A DNA stretch of 63,616 bases, filler included. It is 8 parts of 8 records of this genome, joined end to end, with 100 filler letters (N's around TTAATTAATTAA, not from the genome) between each part and the next. Parts side by side here need not be neighbours in the genome. Positions count along the whole stretch, not along the records: positions 41,254 to 49,956 come from SRR7504441_1678; positions 50,057 to 54,751 come from SRR7504441_1681; positions 54,852 to 59,373 come from SRR7504441_1683; positions 59,474 to 63,616 come from SRR7504441_1705; 4 more parts are not named here. One strand, written 5' to 3'. Every line of letters begins with the position of its first letter. Position 1 is the stretch's first letter. The translations under genes were made by a program, and so were the position numbers. Positions 49,003-59,499 of the stretch are shown piece by piece. The notes beneath the pieces were generated by a model. The model had not been told where the DNA came from and searched no databases. It saw only the letters and a program-made list of their open reading frames with translations.

Positions 49003-49759
49003 ATGGCGCTGGCCACGCGTCTGGGGATGAAGCGGGCGCCCCTGACCGATTACCGGGACAACCGGTACCAGGTGGGCTCAGTGGGGGACCTGCCGAGCGG
49101 CGGTGCAGGGTTCGCGGAGCGAGCGGGATCGGCAGCTGGCCGAGTCGGCCACCATGTACATCGGCAACCTGTCGTTCTACACCACCGAGGAGCAGGTGCC
49201 CAGCCCGGGGCGACCGGGCGGCACCACCGGGCCAGCTGCACGAGTTCTTTGGCAAGGCTGGCCGGGTGAAGGCCATCGTGATCGGGCTGAACAAGGACAC
49301 CATGTGCCCGTGCGGGTTCGGGTTCGTGGAGTATCGGACCCGGGCGGAGGCCGAGGGCGCGATGCGGCTGCTGAACAAGGCCGTGCTGGACAAGATGGTC
49401 ATCCGGCTCGACTGGGACGCCGGGTTCACGGAGGAACGCCGATACGGCAGCCCGCCCTCCACCGGTCGCCCTCAGCCCGGCGGCCAGGCCGCGGCCGGAG
49501 CGGCGGTCAAGTGAGGGACGAGTTCCGCGAGTTCCACGACCCGAACGTGCCTCCGCCGGCCGGGCGGGCAGCGAGCGGGGGGCAGCGGCCGACGCAAAGG
49601 AGAGGCCGGGACTCTGGAAGCTACACACCCAGAGGTGAGCGGGCTGAGCCCAACGGCCAGCCTGGGCAGGCGTCTCGTGGGACGACCGGGGACGGCGGCG
49701 GCCACGGGAGGATCCGCGGGATCCGCGTTCGGCGGACTCTAAGCGAGCCCGTGCTTTGA
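49003..49759 (+). CDS. NCBP2: Nuclear cap-binding protein subunit 2 (CBP20); 3' end uncertain
   Basis: [32 protein letters not shown], spliced [15 protein letters not shown]; introns 49072-49108, 49196-49235, 49447-49487. Confidence 0.93.
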
Positions 49760-49956
49760 GAGCGCTGGGTAAGGCTGAGGCTGGGCAGGCACCGAGAGCG
49801 CGGGGCACAACCCAAGGTTCCGAGCAGACCGGGAGGAGGAGCGCGGCAACGAGTCCGACTAGCCGCCAAACCTACCCCAAGCCCCGCAATGCTGTTGTTC
49901 GACAGCTAGATTTGGTAAAGGTAGAGAACAATTGATTTTAAGCTTAGTCATGAGCC

Positions 49957-50056
49957 NNNNNNNNNNNNNNNNNNNNNNNNNNNNNNNNNNNNNNNNNNNN
50001 TTAATTAATTAANNNNNNNNNNNNNNNNNNNNNNNNNNNNNNNNNNNNNNNNNNNN
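49957..50056. other. Artificial contig spacer
   Basis: N44-TTAATTAATTAA-N44. Confidence 0.98.
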
Positions 50057-50096
50057 GTTGTAAAATAATTGTAAAGTCACCCACGGATCTAGCTAG

Positions 50097-51359
50097 CTAC
50101 CAATCTGCCACCATCACGGGCACGGGTCTCTTTAGTGCCCGCACCTCCTGCCGCGGCTTATCCCACTGGAATTCACGCACGCGGGTCTGCCGTCCCTTCC
50201 ACTGCCCACTTTGGGTTGTGGTCCAGTCCTGTTTCATCTGGTGCCTCCCCGAAAGGTTCTTTAACGCCTCCCTTTTCTGCGCCTGCTTGTGTCGCGCAAG
50301 CTCCATCCGCCTGTAATACCTGTCCTCGGCCGCCTGCTCCGAGCTGACCAGCTCGTCCGGCTGGTTTATCGTCTGCGCCAGCTCCACCCGCGCAGTCCGG
50401 ATCCGCCCCAGGCTCTCGGGGTTGTATTTGCTAAGGAAGTCCTCCACCCTCTCCCTCGGGTCGCGCGCGCTCGTGTCATACTGACTGTCATATGGCTCGT
50501 AATCCTGCTCGTAATCGTACCGGCTGCTCTGGCCCAGCCTGCCGCCGGTCTCAGCCATTCCCCAGCAGGCCCTCACCCCGGGGCTGAGGTGGCTCGGTCA
50601 GCGGGCTCGGGCAGCTCGGTCGGCTTGGCTGGACGCTCGAGCGCGCTGATCTTAACCCGGTGCTCGAACTTGAACGGCTGGGGCTTGGTCGAGGCCCGAG
50701 TCCAGGTCTGGTTCTTAGGGATCGGCGCCTCAGCTGCCTGGGTGGCCGCCTCGCGCTTGTCTCTGCCAGCCTTCTGTCGCGCCACAAACTTTTCGAACCC
50801 CGTGGCGTGCTCATCCGGCATCGGCGGCGGCACCTGGCTCCCAAAGTACTCCGAGCTGCCCCCCAGCTCGAGCCAGCAGCGGCCGGGCCGCGCACCGCTG
50901 GCTGAGCTGCACGTTGGGCTGGAAGGTGCACTCCTGCATCTCCTTCTGAATCTGCTGCTCGGCCGCCTGGTGCCGCCACTCGTCCCGCCGCTCGTTCCAC
51001 AGCTGGGCGTTCTTGACCACCGAGACGTGGTTCCGGTTGGTGGGCACTTGGTTTATCTGGGGCGAGAAGGTGCACCCGGCCATCTCCTCGTCGATCAGCC
51101 GCTTGCGGATGGTCTCCTGCCGGTATTTGATCTCGTAGTCCTGCGAGGGCACCCCATCAGCCCTGTGCTTGCTGCCTGCGCCCACCTTATTGTGCAGGTA
51201 CTCGCCCCGGTCGCGGCCAGTCACTTCTCCCCTGTCGACACGCGCCTGCTCCATCGCCACCGACCGGGCGTTCAGCCTGGGCTGGAACGTGTACTCATCC
51301 TCGTAGTCCTCCCCCGCTGTCCTGCTCGCACTGCTGCCTCGCGGGGCTGCGAAGGACAT
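50097..51359 (-). CDS. Hypothetical protein with repeated (E/G)(C/Y)TFxP motifs, possibly microtubule- or cilium-associated
   Basis: EYTFQPRLN, GCTFSPQIN, ECTFQPNV, TKPQPFKF across three ORF pieces. Confidence 0.6.
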
Positions 51360-51493
51360 GGTGGTATCTTCTGGTCACGACTCCCTGCCCGCGTGCTTGG
51401 GCAGGCACCACCACACGATCGTATTGTAACGGCTCGCTTCATCAGGATTGCTGCAATCCTGCAATCGCCGATCGGCCGCGAGTGACTCTGGTT

Positions 51494-53098
51494 ATGGACG
51501 CGCCGGTGGCTGGGTCGAGTGCGTACCGCTGGCAGTGCGTCGCGGAGGTGCTGTCCGGCAGCAAGCGCCCCCGCCCGGTCGAGTCCCAGCCGCCGCCGGG
51601 GGGAGCGGCGCTGCAGGAGGCGGTCCGCGCGGCCAGCGCCCTGCCTACGGGCGGCCGCTTGGCCGACGCGGTGGCCGGTCTAGCTCCGGAGCTGGGGGGG
51701 CTGCCGTTGTGGGTAGAGCTGGCGATCGGTAGGGGCCAGGCCGGGCACCCGTGGCACCAGGCGCTGGCCGAACTCGAGCTGCCCAACGGTGCGATCTGGT
51801 GGACGGCCGAGGAGCTCGAGCCGCTGGCCGGGACCGAGGCCGGGCGGGCGGTGGCGGGAGTGATTGAGCAGCTGGACTGGATGCTCGGGCTGGCCCAGGA
51901 GGCCTGCCCCGGGCTGGGCCGCCAGGAGCTGCTCTGGGGCTGGCACTGCTGGCACTGCGGCCGGTGGGCGCTGCCGCCGGGGGTTGGGCTGCCGGCCGGG
52001 TTCGAGTTGGACGGAGTGTGTGCGATGCTGTTGGCGTACGGCCAGTGCAGCAACGCCGAGCTGCTGCTGCTCGAGGGCAGGCCGCTAGAGCACAACCCGT
52101 ACGACAGCACCAGGATATGGCTAGAGCACCAGCACAAGGGCGACCAGCAGCTGCTCCGGCACAAGCAGCGGCTGCTGCACGAGGCGGACGACCTGCCCGA
52201 CTGCGCGCTGCTCCCCGGGTCCAGGCTCAGGATCGGCCCGTTTGTGGTCCGGCGGTCTGCGGCTGCGGCCGAGGCACTCAGCTTCCTGCCTGAGGAGCTG
52301 ATGGTGGGAGGGGTGCCGCTCGGGCTGCTCTGGGCGGTCGGGTGCCTCCAGGTGCAAGAGCTGGGCCAGCCGCCGGACACCGGGCTGGCCGCGCTCGATC
52401 AGCTGGCCGAGCTGCTCCAACAGAACATCCCAAGCTGCTCAGAGATTGAGCGGCCGGCCGAGTTGTACAAGCGCGAGGTGGCCGGGCTGCTGCGCGAGGC
52501 GCTGGGCGAGGTGGCCCGGGTGCGGCGGGAGCACACCCCTCTGAGCGAGCGACACGCCCAGGTTCACGAGCTAGACCAGGTGCTCTCAGCCAACCAGTGC
52601 GCCCAGCTGATCAAGGCCGCCGACGCCAAGGCTGCAGCGGACGGCTGGTGCAAACACAGACACATCGCACACCCGACCACCGACATGCCGGCCGGACAGC
52701 TTGGGCTCGATTGGCTGGAGCCGACGATCAAGCGGGGGCTGCTCCCCAGGGCGGAGGAGCTGTTCGGGATCAAGCCGCTCCGAGTGGACGAGATGTTCGT
52801 GGCGCGGTATGACTGCCAGGGACTCGGGCAGCGGTCGCTAGGCGAGCACGTGGACGGATCGCCCTGGTCGTTCGTGCTGGCGCTGAACAGCGAGTTTGAG
52901 GGCGGGGGCACTCAGTTTGTGCAGCTGGAGGACGATCCTGTGTTTGTGCCGTACGTGGGCGGCTGCATCGTCTTCTCCGGCCGGAACAGGCACCTCGGTA
53001 GGGCGATCAGCAGCGGAGTTAGATACATCCTTGCCGGCTTCCTCGAATACGAGGAGGACCGACCCGACAGTAGATCCGGGAGCGCTAGCCCGACTTAG
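51494..53098 (+). CDS. SET(LSMT/SETD3)-like N-region fused to a 2OG-Fe(II) oxygenase (lysyl/prolyl hydroxylase-like)
   Basis: WTAEELEPLAGT and YGQCSNAELL...NPYD; HPTTD, FVARY, HVD, FEGGGT, H...GVRYILAGF (HxD..H..R). Confidence 0.75.
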   Translation: MDAPVAGSSAYRWQCVAEVLSGSKRPRPVESQPPPGGAALQEAVRAASALPTGGRLADAVAGLAPELGGLPLWVELAIGRGQAGHPWHQALAELELPNGAIWWTAEELEPLAGTEAGRAVAGVIEQLDWMLGLAQEACPGLGRQELLWGWHCWHCGRWALPPGVGLPAGFELDGVCAMLLAYGQCSNAELLLLEGRPLEHNPYDSTRIWLEHQHKGDQQLLRHKQRLLHEADDLPDCALLPGSRLRIGPFVVRRSAAAAEALSFLPEELMVGGVPLGLLWAVGCLQVQELGQPPDTGLAALDQLAELLQQNIPSCSEIERPAELYKREVAGLLREALGEVARVRREHTPLSERHAQVHELDQVLSANQCAQLIKAADAKAAADGWCKHRHIAHPTTDMPAGQLGLDWLEPTIKRGLLPRAEELFGIKPLRVDEMFVARYDCQGLGQRSLGEHVDGSPWSFVLALNSEFEGGGTQFVQLEDDPVFVPYVGGCIVFSGRNRHLGRAISSGVRYILAGFLEYEEDRPDSRSGSASPT

Positions 53099-53233
53099 TT
53101 GCTAGCCCGACTAGCTTGTTAATTAACTACTAAATTTAAGGTTAGGGTTAGGACCGGCAAGGTACCGGCAAGGCAATCCTAAAGTAATCTATATAGGTTA
53201 TTCTAATTCTGTGATCACTGACCAGTTGATCAA

Positions 53234-54751
53234 TCAGCTGACGGGCATGCACTGCTCGACTACGCAGCACGGGCAGGACCAGCCCCATATATTGAACGCG
53301 GAGATGCCCTGCTTGCCCACTCCGAGTTTGGTCCGTTGGGGCTGCTGCTCAGCCGTCGCCCTGTCGTATTCTAGCTGGCCGGCTACCCAGACCTGCTCGA
53401 CTGAAGTCGTTAGCAGCAGCTCCGGATCCTGGGTCACATCGTCTCCGAGGCAGATGAAGTCGGCCAGGTAGCCCACTTGCAGCAGCCCCAGATGGCCCTC
53501 CTGCCGGCCAGCGTACGCCGCGTTGACTGTGTACAGCTCTAGCGCTTGCTCGAAGCTCAGCCGTTGCTCTGGCTGGACCACCTGTCCGTCGAGCCCCCGC
53601 CTGGTGATCGCGTAGTACAGTCCGTGAAGAGGGCGCGGCTCCTCTACTGGAGCGTCGCTCCCGCCGCACACCACCGCCCCGGCCTCTATCAGGCTCCGCC
53701 AGGCGTACGAGCTGCGCAGCCGGTCGGGCCCCACCCGTTTGAGCGCTATGTTCGAGTCCGAGTGCGTGAACTGGGGCTGCACGTTGGCCAGCACCTGCAT
53801 CCTGCCAATTCGCTCAATCAGCGCTGGTGACAGGATCTGGCAGTGCGTGAGCACTGGCCTCGCCTCGCCACCCACTCCGGCTTGGGCCAGCGCGTCGAGC
53901 ACCTCCCGGGCCGCCCGGTCGCCGATCGCGTGCGCCTCTATCCGCCAGCCGGCCGCGTGCAGTTGGCGGACTCGCTCGCGGAGCACCTCCGGCGAGAGCT
54001 GCAGGATCCCGCAGTTGTCCGGCCCGTCGGCATACGGCTGCTCCAGCGCGGCAGTCGAGGCCCCGAGCCCGCCGTCTGCGAATATCTTGGCTCGGTCGCA
54101 GGAGAGCCGGCTGCCGGGCTGCCACGGGCCAGGCGGGGTGCCAGCTGCGAGCGCGTCCGAGTCCGGCAGAGTGAGCAGCACCCTGATCGGGAGCTGGCCC
54201 TCGAGCTGGCGGTAGACGGCCCACGGGTCCTGCACCCCGCCCACCACCGAGCCGTCGTTGGTCTGGACCGAGGTGCACCCGTTCCGCAGGCAGAGCCGCA
54301 GCCCCTCGAGCACCCGCCGCTTGTGCTCCGGCATCCCGTCCGCCTCCCGCCGGGTCAGCGGCCCGAGCAGCTCCATCGCCGCCTCCCGCAGCACCCCGGT
54401 CGGCTCCCCGTCAAGATCCCTGTCGATAAACCCACCGGCCGGCTCCACGGTTTCTTTGCTGATCCCGCAGGCGGCCAGCGCGGCCGAGTTGCAGACGAGC
54501 ACGTGCCAGCACCGGCGGAAGAGCACCGCCGGCCGGTCTGGCAGCACCTGGTCCAGGTCGGCCCGGTGCGGCAGCCGGCCCAGCTTGTCCTGGTCCCAGT
54601 GGGTGCCCTCCACCAGCCGGGCCCCGCAGCCGTCGGCGTGCTCGCGCAGTCGGTCGGCTAGCTCCTCGATCGACCCGGCCTGTTCCAGGTTGAGCGTGCT
54701 CGCCAGGTGCCCGGTCTCGTACACGTGTATGTGCGCGTCGTGCAGCCCCGG
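53234..54751 (-). CDS. Amidohydrolase-3 family protein (YtcJ-like), 5'-partial
   Basis: PGLHDAHIH, KIFADGGLG, AHAIGDRA, GGSDAPV, YTVNAAY, GYLADF. Confidence 0.9.
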   Translation of the reverse strand, partial: PGLHDAHIHVYETGHLASTLNLEQAGSIEELADRLREHADGCGARLVEGTHWDQDKLGRLPHRADLDQVLPDRPAVLFRRCWHVLVCNSAALAACGISKETVEPAGGFIDRDLDGEPTGVLREAAMELLGPLTRREADGMPEHKRRVLEGLRLCLRNGCTSVQTNDGSVVGGVQDPWAVYRQLEGQLPIRVLLTLPDSDALAAGTPPGPWQPGSRLSCDRAKIFADGGLGASTAALEQPYADGPDNCGILQLSPEVLRERVRQLHAAGWRIEAHAIGDRAAREVLDALAQAGVGGEARPVLTHCQILSPALIERIGRMQVLANVQPQFTHSDSNIALKRVGPDRLRSSYAWRSLIEAGAVVCGGSDAPVEEPRPLHGLYYAITRRGLDGQVVQPEQRLSFEQALELYTVNAAYAGRQEGHLGLLQVGYLADFICLGDDVTQDPELLLTTSVEQVWVAGQLEYDRATAEQQPQRTKLGVGKQGISAFNIWGWSCPCCVVEQCMPVS

Positions 54752-54851
54752 NNNNNNNNNNNNNNNNNNNNNNNNNNNNNNNNNNNNNNNNNNNNTTAAT
54801 TAATTAANNNNNNNNNNNNNNNNNNNNNNNNNNNNNNNNNNNNNNNNNNNN
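54752..54851. other. Artificial contig spacer
   Basis: N44-TTAATTAATTAA-N44. Confidence 0.98.
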
Positions 54852-54868
54852 GGGTCCCCGGCGTCGAT

Positions 54869-56774
54869 ATGAGCCGCCCCCCGAGCGCGTCCAAGCTGCA
54901 GCGGGGGACGGGCGGCGGGGAGTCCGGCGGGTTCAGGGCCAGCATGCGCCGGCCGTGGGACGACGAGGGCTCCCCGCCCAAGGCTGCCCACCCGCCGGCC
55001 AGCAAGCCCACCCGGCGGCTCCCCGCCAATAACGCCACCCGACCGGGCCAGCGGCCAGCGACCTCGCACAACAACGCCCGGGGGCGGTGGCCGGACCTGC
55101 AACAGCTCCGGCCCCAGACCTCTTCCAAGCAAGACGCCAACGACCGCCGACTGGCCGGGCTGCCGGCGCTCGAGGTGCTGAGCGGCCGCCTGTGTGCGGA
55201 GCGGCGGCAGGTGGTCAATCTTCAGGCCCAGGTGGCCCAGCTGACCGGAGAGCGGGACCAGGCCCTGGCCGAGATCGAGCAGCTGCAGCAGGTGCCTGCT
55301 CGACAGCCGGGGCTGAGCAGCCGTCAGGCGCTGAAGGCGAGCGAGGCCGAGCGGGATCGGCGGGGAGAGCAGCTGGAGCAGGCCAAGCAGGCGAGCCTGT
55401 CACGGGGCGAGGGAGCTGACTGACGGGGGGCAGGCTGCATCGCTGCAGGGCGAAGAGATCCAGTCCCTGCTCGGGCTGCAGCAGCAGATCGATAGGCTGA
55501 AAGCAGAGGTGTCGCTGCCTAGCCCTTCCCCATGAGGCGGGGCACAGGCCGTGCAAACCGCTGAGGAGCGGACGAAGGAGGTCGAGCGACTGCGCGGCGA
55601 GCATGACGCCCGGTCGAAGGAGTGGTGAGCCTCACAGACCCATCTGCAGTGAAGCTGACGCAGTGCTGCAGGGTACTCGAAAGGAACACCCTCGATCTCA
55701 AATTGCGAGAAATCACAATGAGAGGCGATGGCAGTGCCACTGAGTCGCGAGAGCTCCGCGAGGAGCTCGCTGATGCTCAATCGAAGCTGATGGCAGAGCA
55801 GTCGCAGGTTGCGGCGCTCCGGAAGCAGCTGGAGACTGAGCAACAGAGCAAAGAACAGAGCGAAACACGCGCAAAGCTCGCAGAATCGCAGCACAAGCAA
55901 ATGGAGGCCGAGCTATTCAGAGCGCGACAGGAGGTCAAGAGCGTGAGGACAAGTGCCGAGGTGGAGGCTGAAGAGCAATGGCGTCACGAGCTGGAGCAGA
56001 GTAGGGAACAGCTGGTAACACAGAAAGCTGCGTACGAAAAGGAGACTAGCGATAGGGAGGCAGTGTCGACACGCAGGCTGAGGGAGAGCCAAGAGGAAAC
56101 AGAGAAATGGCGGACCATGGCAGAGCAGGAGCAGAGCAATTCTGCAGGTCGGAGAGCTGAAGTTGAATCTCTCCAGAAAGCACTCGCGGTGATTAAATGA
56201 GGATGTGTTGATGCCTAAGGTAGCTTTGGCAGGAGGTTTCAATGCAAGAACCCAGCGGGAATCAGGAGCTAAGCCGTCGGCTCGAAAGCCTCAAAGAGGT
56301 TGCAGATATACTGTCATTTCTGATCATTGGGTGTAGGTGGTGACACACACTTTGAAGGAAAAGGCTGAGATTGAAGAGGACTATAAAGCTCTACAAGAGC
56401 GATTAGCATCACAGCAGCAACGTGGATCTGTGATTCAGGACTTGCAGGATCGACTAAAGATGGTGAAAGATATGAATTCAAGACTAGACGAAGACAATGA
56501 AGATTTGAGATTACGGCTCAAGACCGCTCACAGTACGCTCCAACAAAACCATGCAGAGAGCAATAGGCTAAAAACTGCTCAGAGCACTCTCTCCGGACAA
56601 AGGTCATGGGCCCCTGCTCCAAAGACTGCAGGGTCAAGGAATCCCAGCAAGCAGAGTTTGAGGCAAAGTTTTAGTTCAACACAGCCAATTGGGATGAATT
56701 TGAGCTCGAGGCTACCACGTTCCATTTCAACGTGCCGCACCTCAGATTCAGGGCACCATTGGTGGGACAGCTAA
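54869..56774 (+). CDS. Long coiled-coil protein (multi-exon)
   Basis: ORFs 54869-55423, 55622-56200 and 56337-56774 are E/Q/K/L-rich, with GT-AG junctions between them. Confidence 0.65.
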
Positions 56775-57732
56775 TGACTTGAGAAACCTAGTAAGGCATG
56801 TGGCAGCCTGCTTGCGGTGTGCAATCTCACGCCTGGTCTGATATCTCTTATACACAGAGCAGATCTTGTTTGCAGCTGTCAATCGACGAGTTGTTACCTT
56901 CCGATAAAGCCAAAGAGAAGCATTGCGTTGGAGTGTATAGGCCGCCTGCTGGCGCTGATGCGCTTCAAACTTCTCATTCCGTGCCTTTTGCAGATGACTG
57001 GCAAAGCATTGCATTCGCGAACAAAGAAAACACAGCTCTAGGCCTCTCTGCTGCTTCTGCATGAGTACCCTCATTTTGACACGGTCAATGCAACGATCTC
57101 GATGCCGCTGACGTCTAAGGAGCCTCGTTTCTAGGGTGTGTGCTCGTGCAGTCTTGAAGCGGGTTGCACGCTCGTGTACTTCCTCCCGCCTGAGCCGATT
57201 CCGGGCCGTCAACGCCTCCTGCATAGTAGATGGGTGGTGGAGTTTGGCATTAGCAATGTTATTGTCGATGCTTATTCTCAGTTTTGGAACTACAGGTTGT
57301 TCCACTGCCTGCATGAATTTGGCGAGATGCTCCGGATCCTGCTGCAGTCGATGAATTGCCGACCCTAATTCAGTGGCAGACGCCATCAGCTTGGACCGGC
57401 CTATGTATCTGTGTTGCAGCTTCTGCACCACTGATGGCAGCTGCGGCACAGAATTGCTCGTACTAGTAACAGCAAACTGACTCGGAGCGATGAGACCCTG
57501 ACACCGAGGAGAGATGCGTGGAAAATGTATTTTGTTCTCTTTCACCCTCTGCTGCAGCACCTGCGCCCGGCCGGTCAGCACCTGCGCCACAGCAGCTGGG
57601 CTTTGCTGAAGTCAGCAAAACTACTTTAGCAGCTGTCGGGCACCTTGTTGAAGCTGCTGGTCCTGTCCACTGGCGAGAGTCGGACTCGTTCCGGCGGGCC
57701 AGTACTGCCGTCCGGCTCGTCCAGGCCGTCAT
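56748..57732 (-). CDS. Basic hypothetical protein with IQ-like helices
   Basis: 280-aa ORF 56748-57590 (AAYTLQRNASLW, AANKICSVYKRY); probable short first exon from 57732. Confidence 0.5.
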
Positions 57733-58024
57733 CCGGCAGAATCAGCGTCGCTTCTGCGTAGAGATCGTCGCTGGACAGCCGGGCCCGGACGGCCCGTCTC
57801 CGCCTGAAGGCAAGCGAGAAAGTCTCGTTGTCCAGAAAGGCCGCTCGACTGGCCTCGGGCTGGCAGGGCGGCGGCACAGGGAGCCCTCCGCCGAGCGAGC
57901 CGAGCATAGCCCCGAGCTATCCCGCAGAGCTATCCATCCGACCTCTCACAGCACCCGGGCACATGATGTGCTCGGATTAGGCTGGATTTTTCCGTTGAGG
58001 CTGCGGCTCGCTCGGCCCGGAATC

Positions 58025-59373
58025 ATGTTGCGCACACTCACCCTGGGATCGGTGGATCACCCCGACGGCTGGTGGCAGCCGGTGGCGTTTGGCTGGCCGC
58101 TCTGGGCCGTGGGCTGCCTGCTCGGGCTCTCGGCCCTCTGCCTCGGGGCCCAGCGGCTGGAGCCGCCGGCCAGCTCTGGGGCGGCCAAGTGCGCCCGGCC
58201 GGCCGGGTTTGACGGATTCCAGCGCAACTACCTGGCGGTGTACCTGGTGATCATGCTGGCCGACTGGCTCCAGGGCACCAACATGTACACGCTCTACATG
58301 AGCTACGGTGTGGACATCGGGGCGCTGTTCCTGACCGGCTTCGCCACCTCCGGAGTGTGCTCGCTGCTGATCGGGCCGTACATCGACCGGTACGGCCGGA
58401 AGGCCGCCTGCGTGCTCTACTGCCTGCTGGAGGTGCTGATCAACGTGCTGGAGCACTGGAACAGCTTCCCTGTGCTGCTGGCCGGCCGGGTGCTCGGGGG
58501 GCTCTCCACCGCCCTGCTTTTCACCGCGCTCGAGAGCTGGATGGTCACGGCCCACCGCCGGTGCCGCCGCGGCCGGTGGGCGGTCTGAGCTGGACTGCAG
58601 GCGAGGCTACCCTGATCAGCTGCTCGGGGAGACTTTTGCGCTCCAGGCGTTTGGGAACGGGCTGGTGGCTGTGCTGGCCGGGGTGGTGGCGCAGGGCATG
58701 ATGGACGCGTACGGCGAGATCGGGCCGTTCAGGGCTGCGATCGGGCTGACGGTGGTGGCGCTGGTGATGATCGTGCTCAGCTGGGAGGAGAATCATGGCG
58801 AGGCGCCGGCTCGCAACAAGAGCCAGGGGGAGAGTGCGCTCCAGGTGGTGCTCCAGGACAGGCGGGTGCTGCTCGTGGGGCTGGTCCAGTCGCTGTTCGA
58901 AGGCGGGATGTACACGTTTGTGTTCAACTGGGTGCCTACGCTCATGAGGCTCACCCCGGAGGGCCGGTTCTCAAAGGTGCAAGGCCTCATATTCTCGTGC
59001 CTGATGCTCTCGATGTCGGCCGGCGGCAGCCTGTTCGGCTGGCTCCAACGGATAGCCCCTGTGGAGTTGTTTAGCGTGGGCGTGATCGCGGTGGCTGCCG
59101 GCTCAATGCTCGTGCCGGTTTTGTCTTCCGACATGGCCACTGTCATGCTTGCCTTCTTCGTGATGGAGGCCTGTGTCGGACTGTTCATGCCATCGGCCGG
59201 CATGATGCGCAGCATGGTGGTCCCTGAACGGATCTCGGCCTCGGTTATGAACTTGTTCCGTGTCCCTCTCAACATCCTGGTCGTGGTGGGCACCAAGCTC
59301 GACGAGTGCGAGTCGCACAAAACAGTCTTCCTCGTGGTGTTCTGCTGGCTGGCGCTGGCGAGCGGCCTCCAGT
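58025..59373 (+). CDS. MFS molybdate-anion transporter family (MOT2/MFSD5-like), 3'-partial
   Basis: FQRNYLAVY...ADWLQG, GRVLGGLSTALLF..ESWM, LFEGGMYTFVFNW, MNLFRVPLN. Confidence 0.9.
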
Positions 59374-59473
59374 NNNNNNNNNNNNNNNNNNNNNNNNNNN
59401 NNNNNNNNNNNNNNNNNTTAATTAATTAANNNNNNNNNNNNNNNNNNNNNNNNNNNNNNNNNNNNNNNNNNNN
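59374..59473. other. Artificial contig spacer
   Basis: N44-TTAATTAATTAA-N44. Confidence 0.98.
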
Positions 59474-59499
59474 GTCGCGCCGACTCGCACACCGAGGGC

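Noticed and set aside
53139-53152. TTAGGG-like sequence as a telomere
   Set aside because: Only about two units, internal to a short intergenic gap.
20748-59473. Seven identical N44-TTAATTAATTAA-N44 blocks as a biological repeat or CRISPR-like array
   Set aside because: Fixed 100-nt length, N padding and six-frame stops mark them as artificial contig joiners. ORFs that run into them are truncated.
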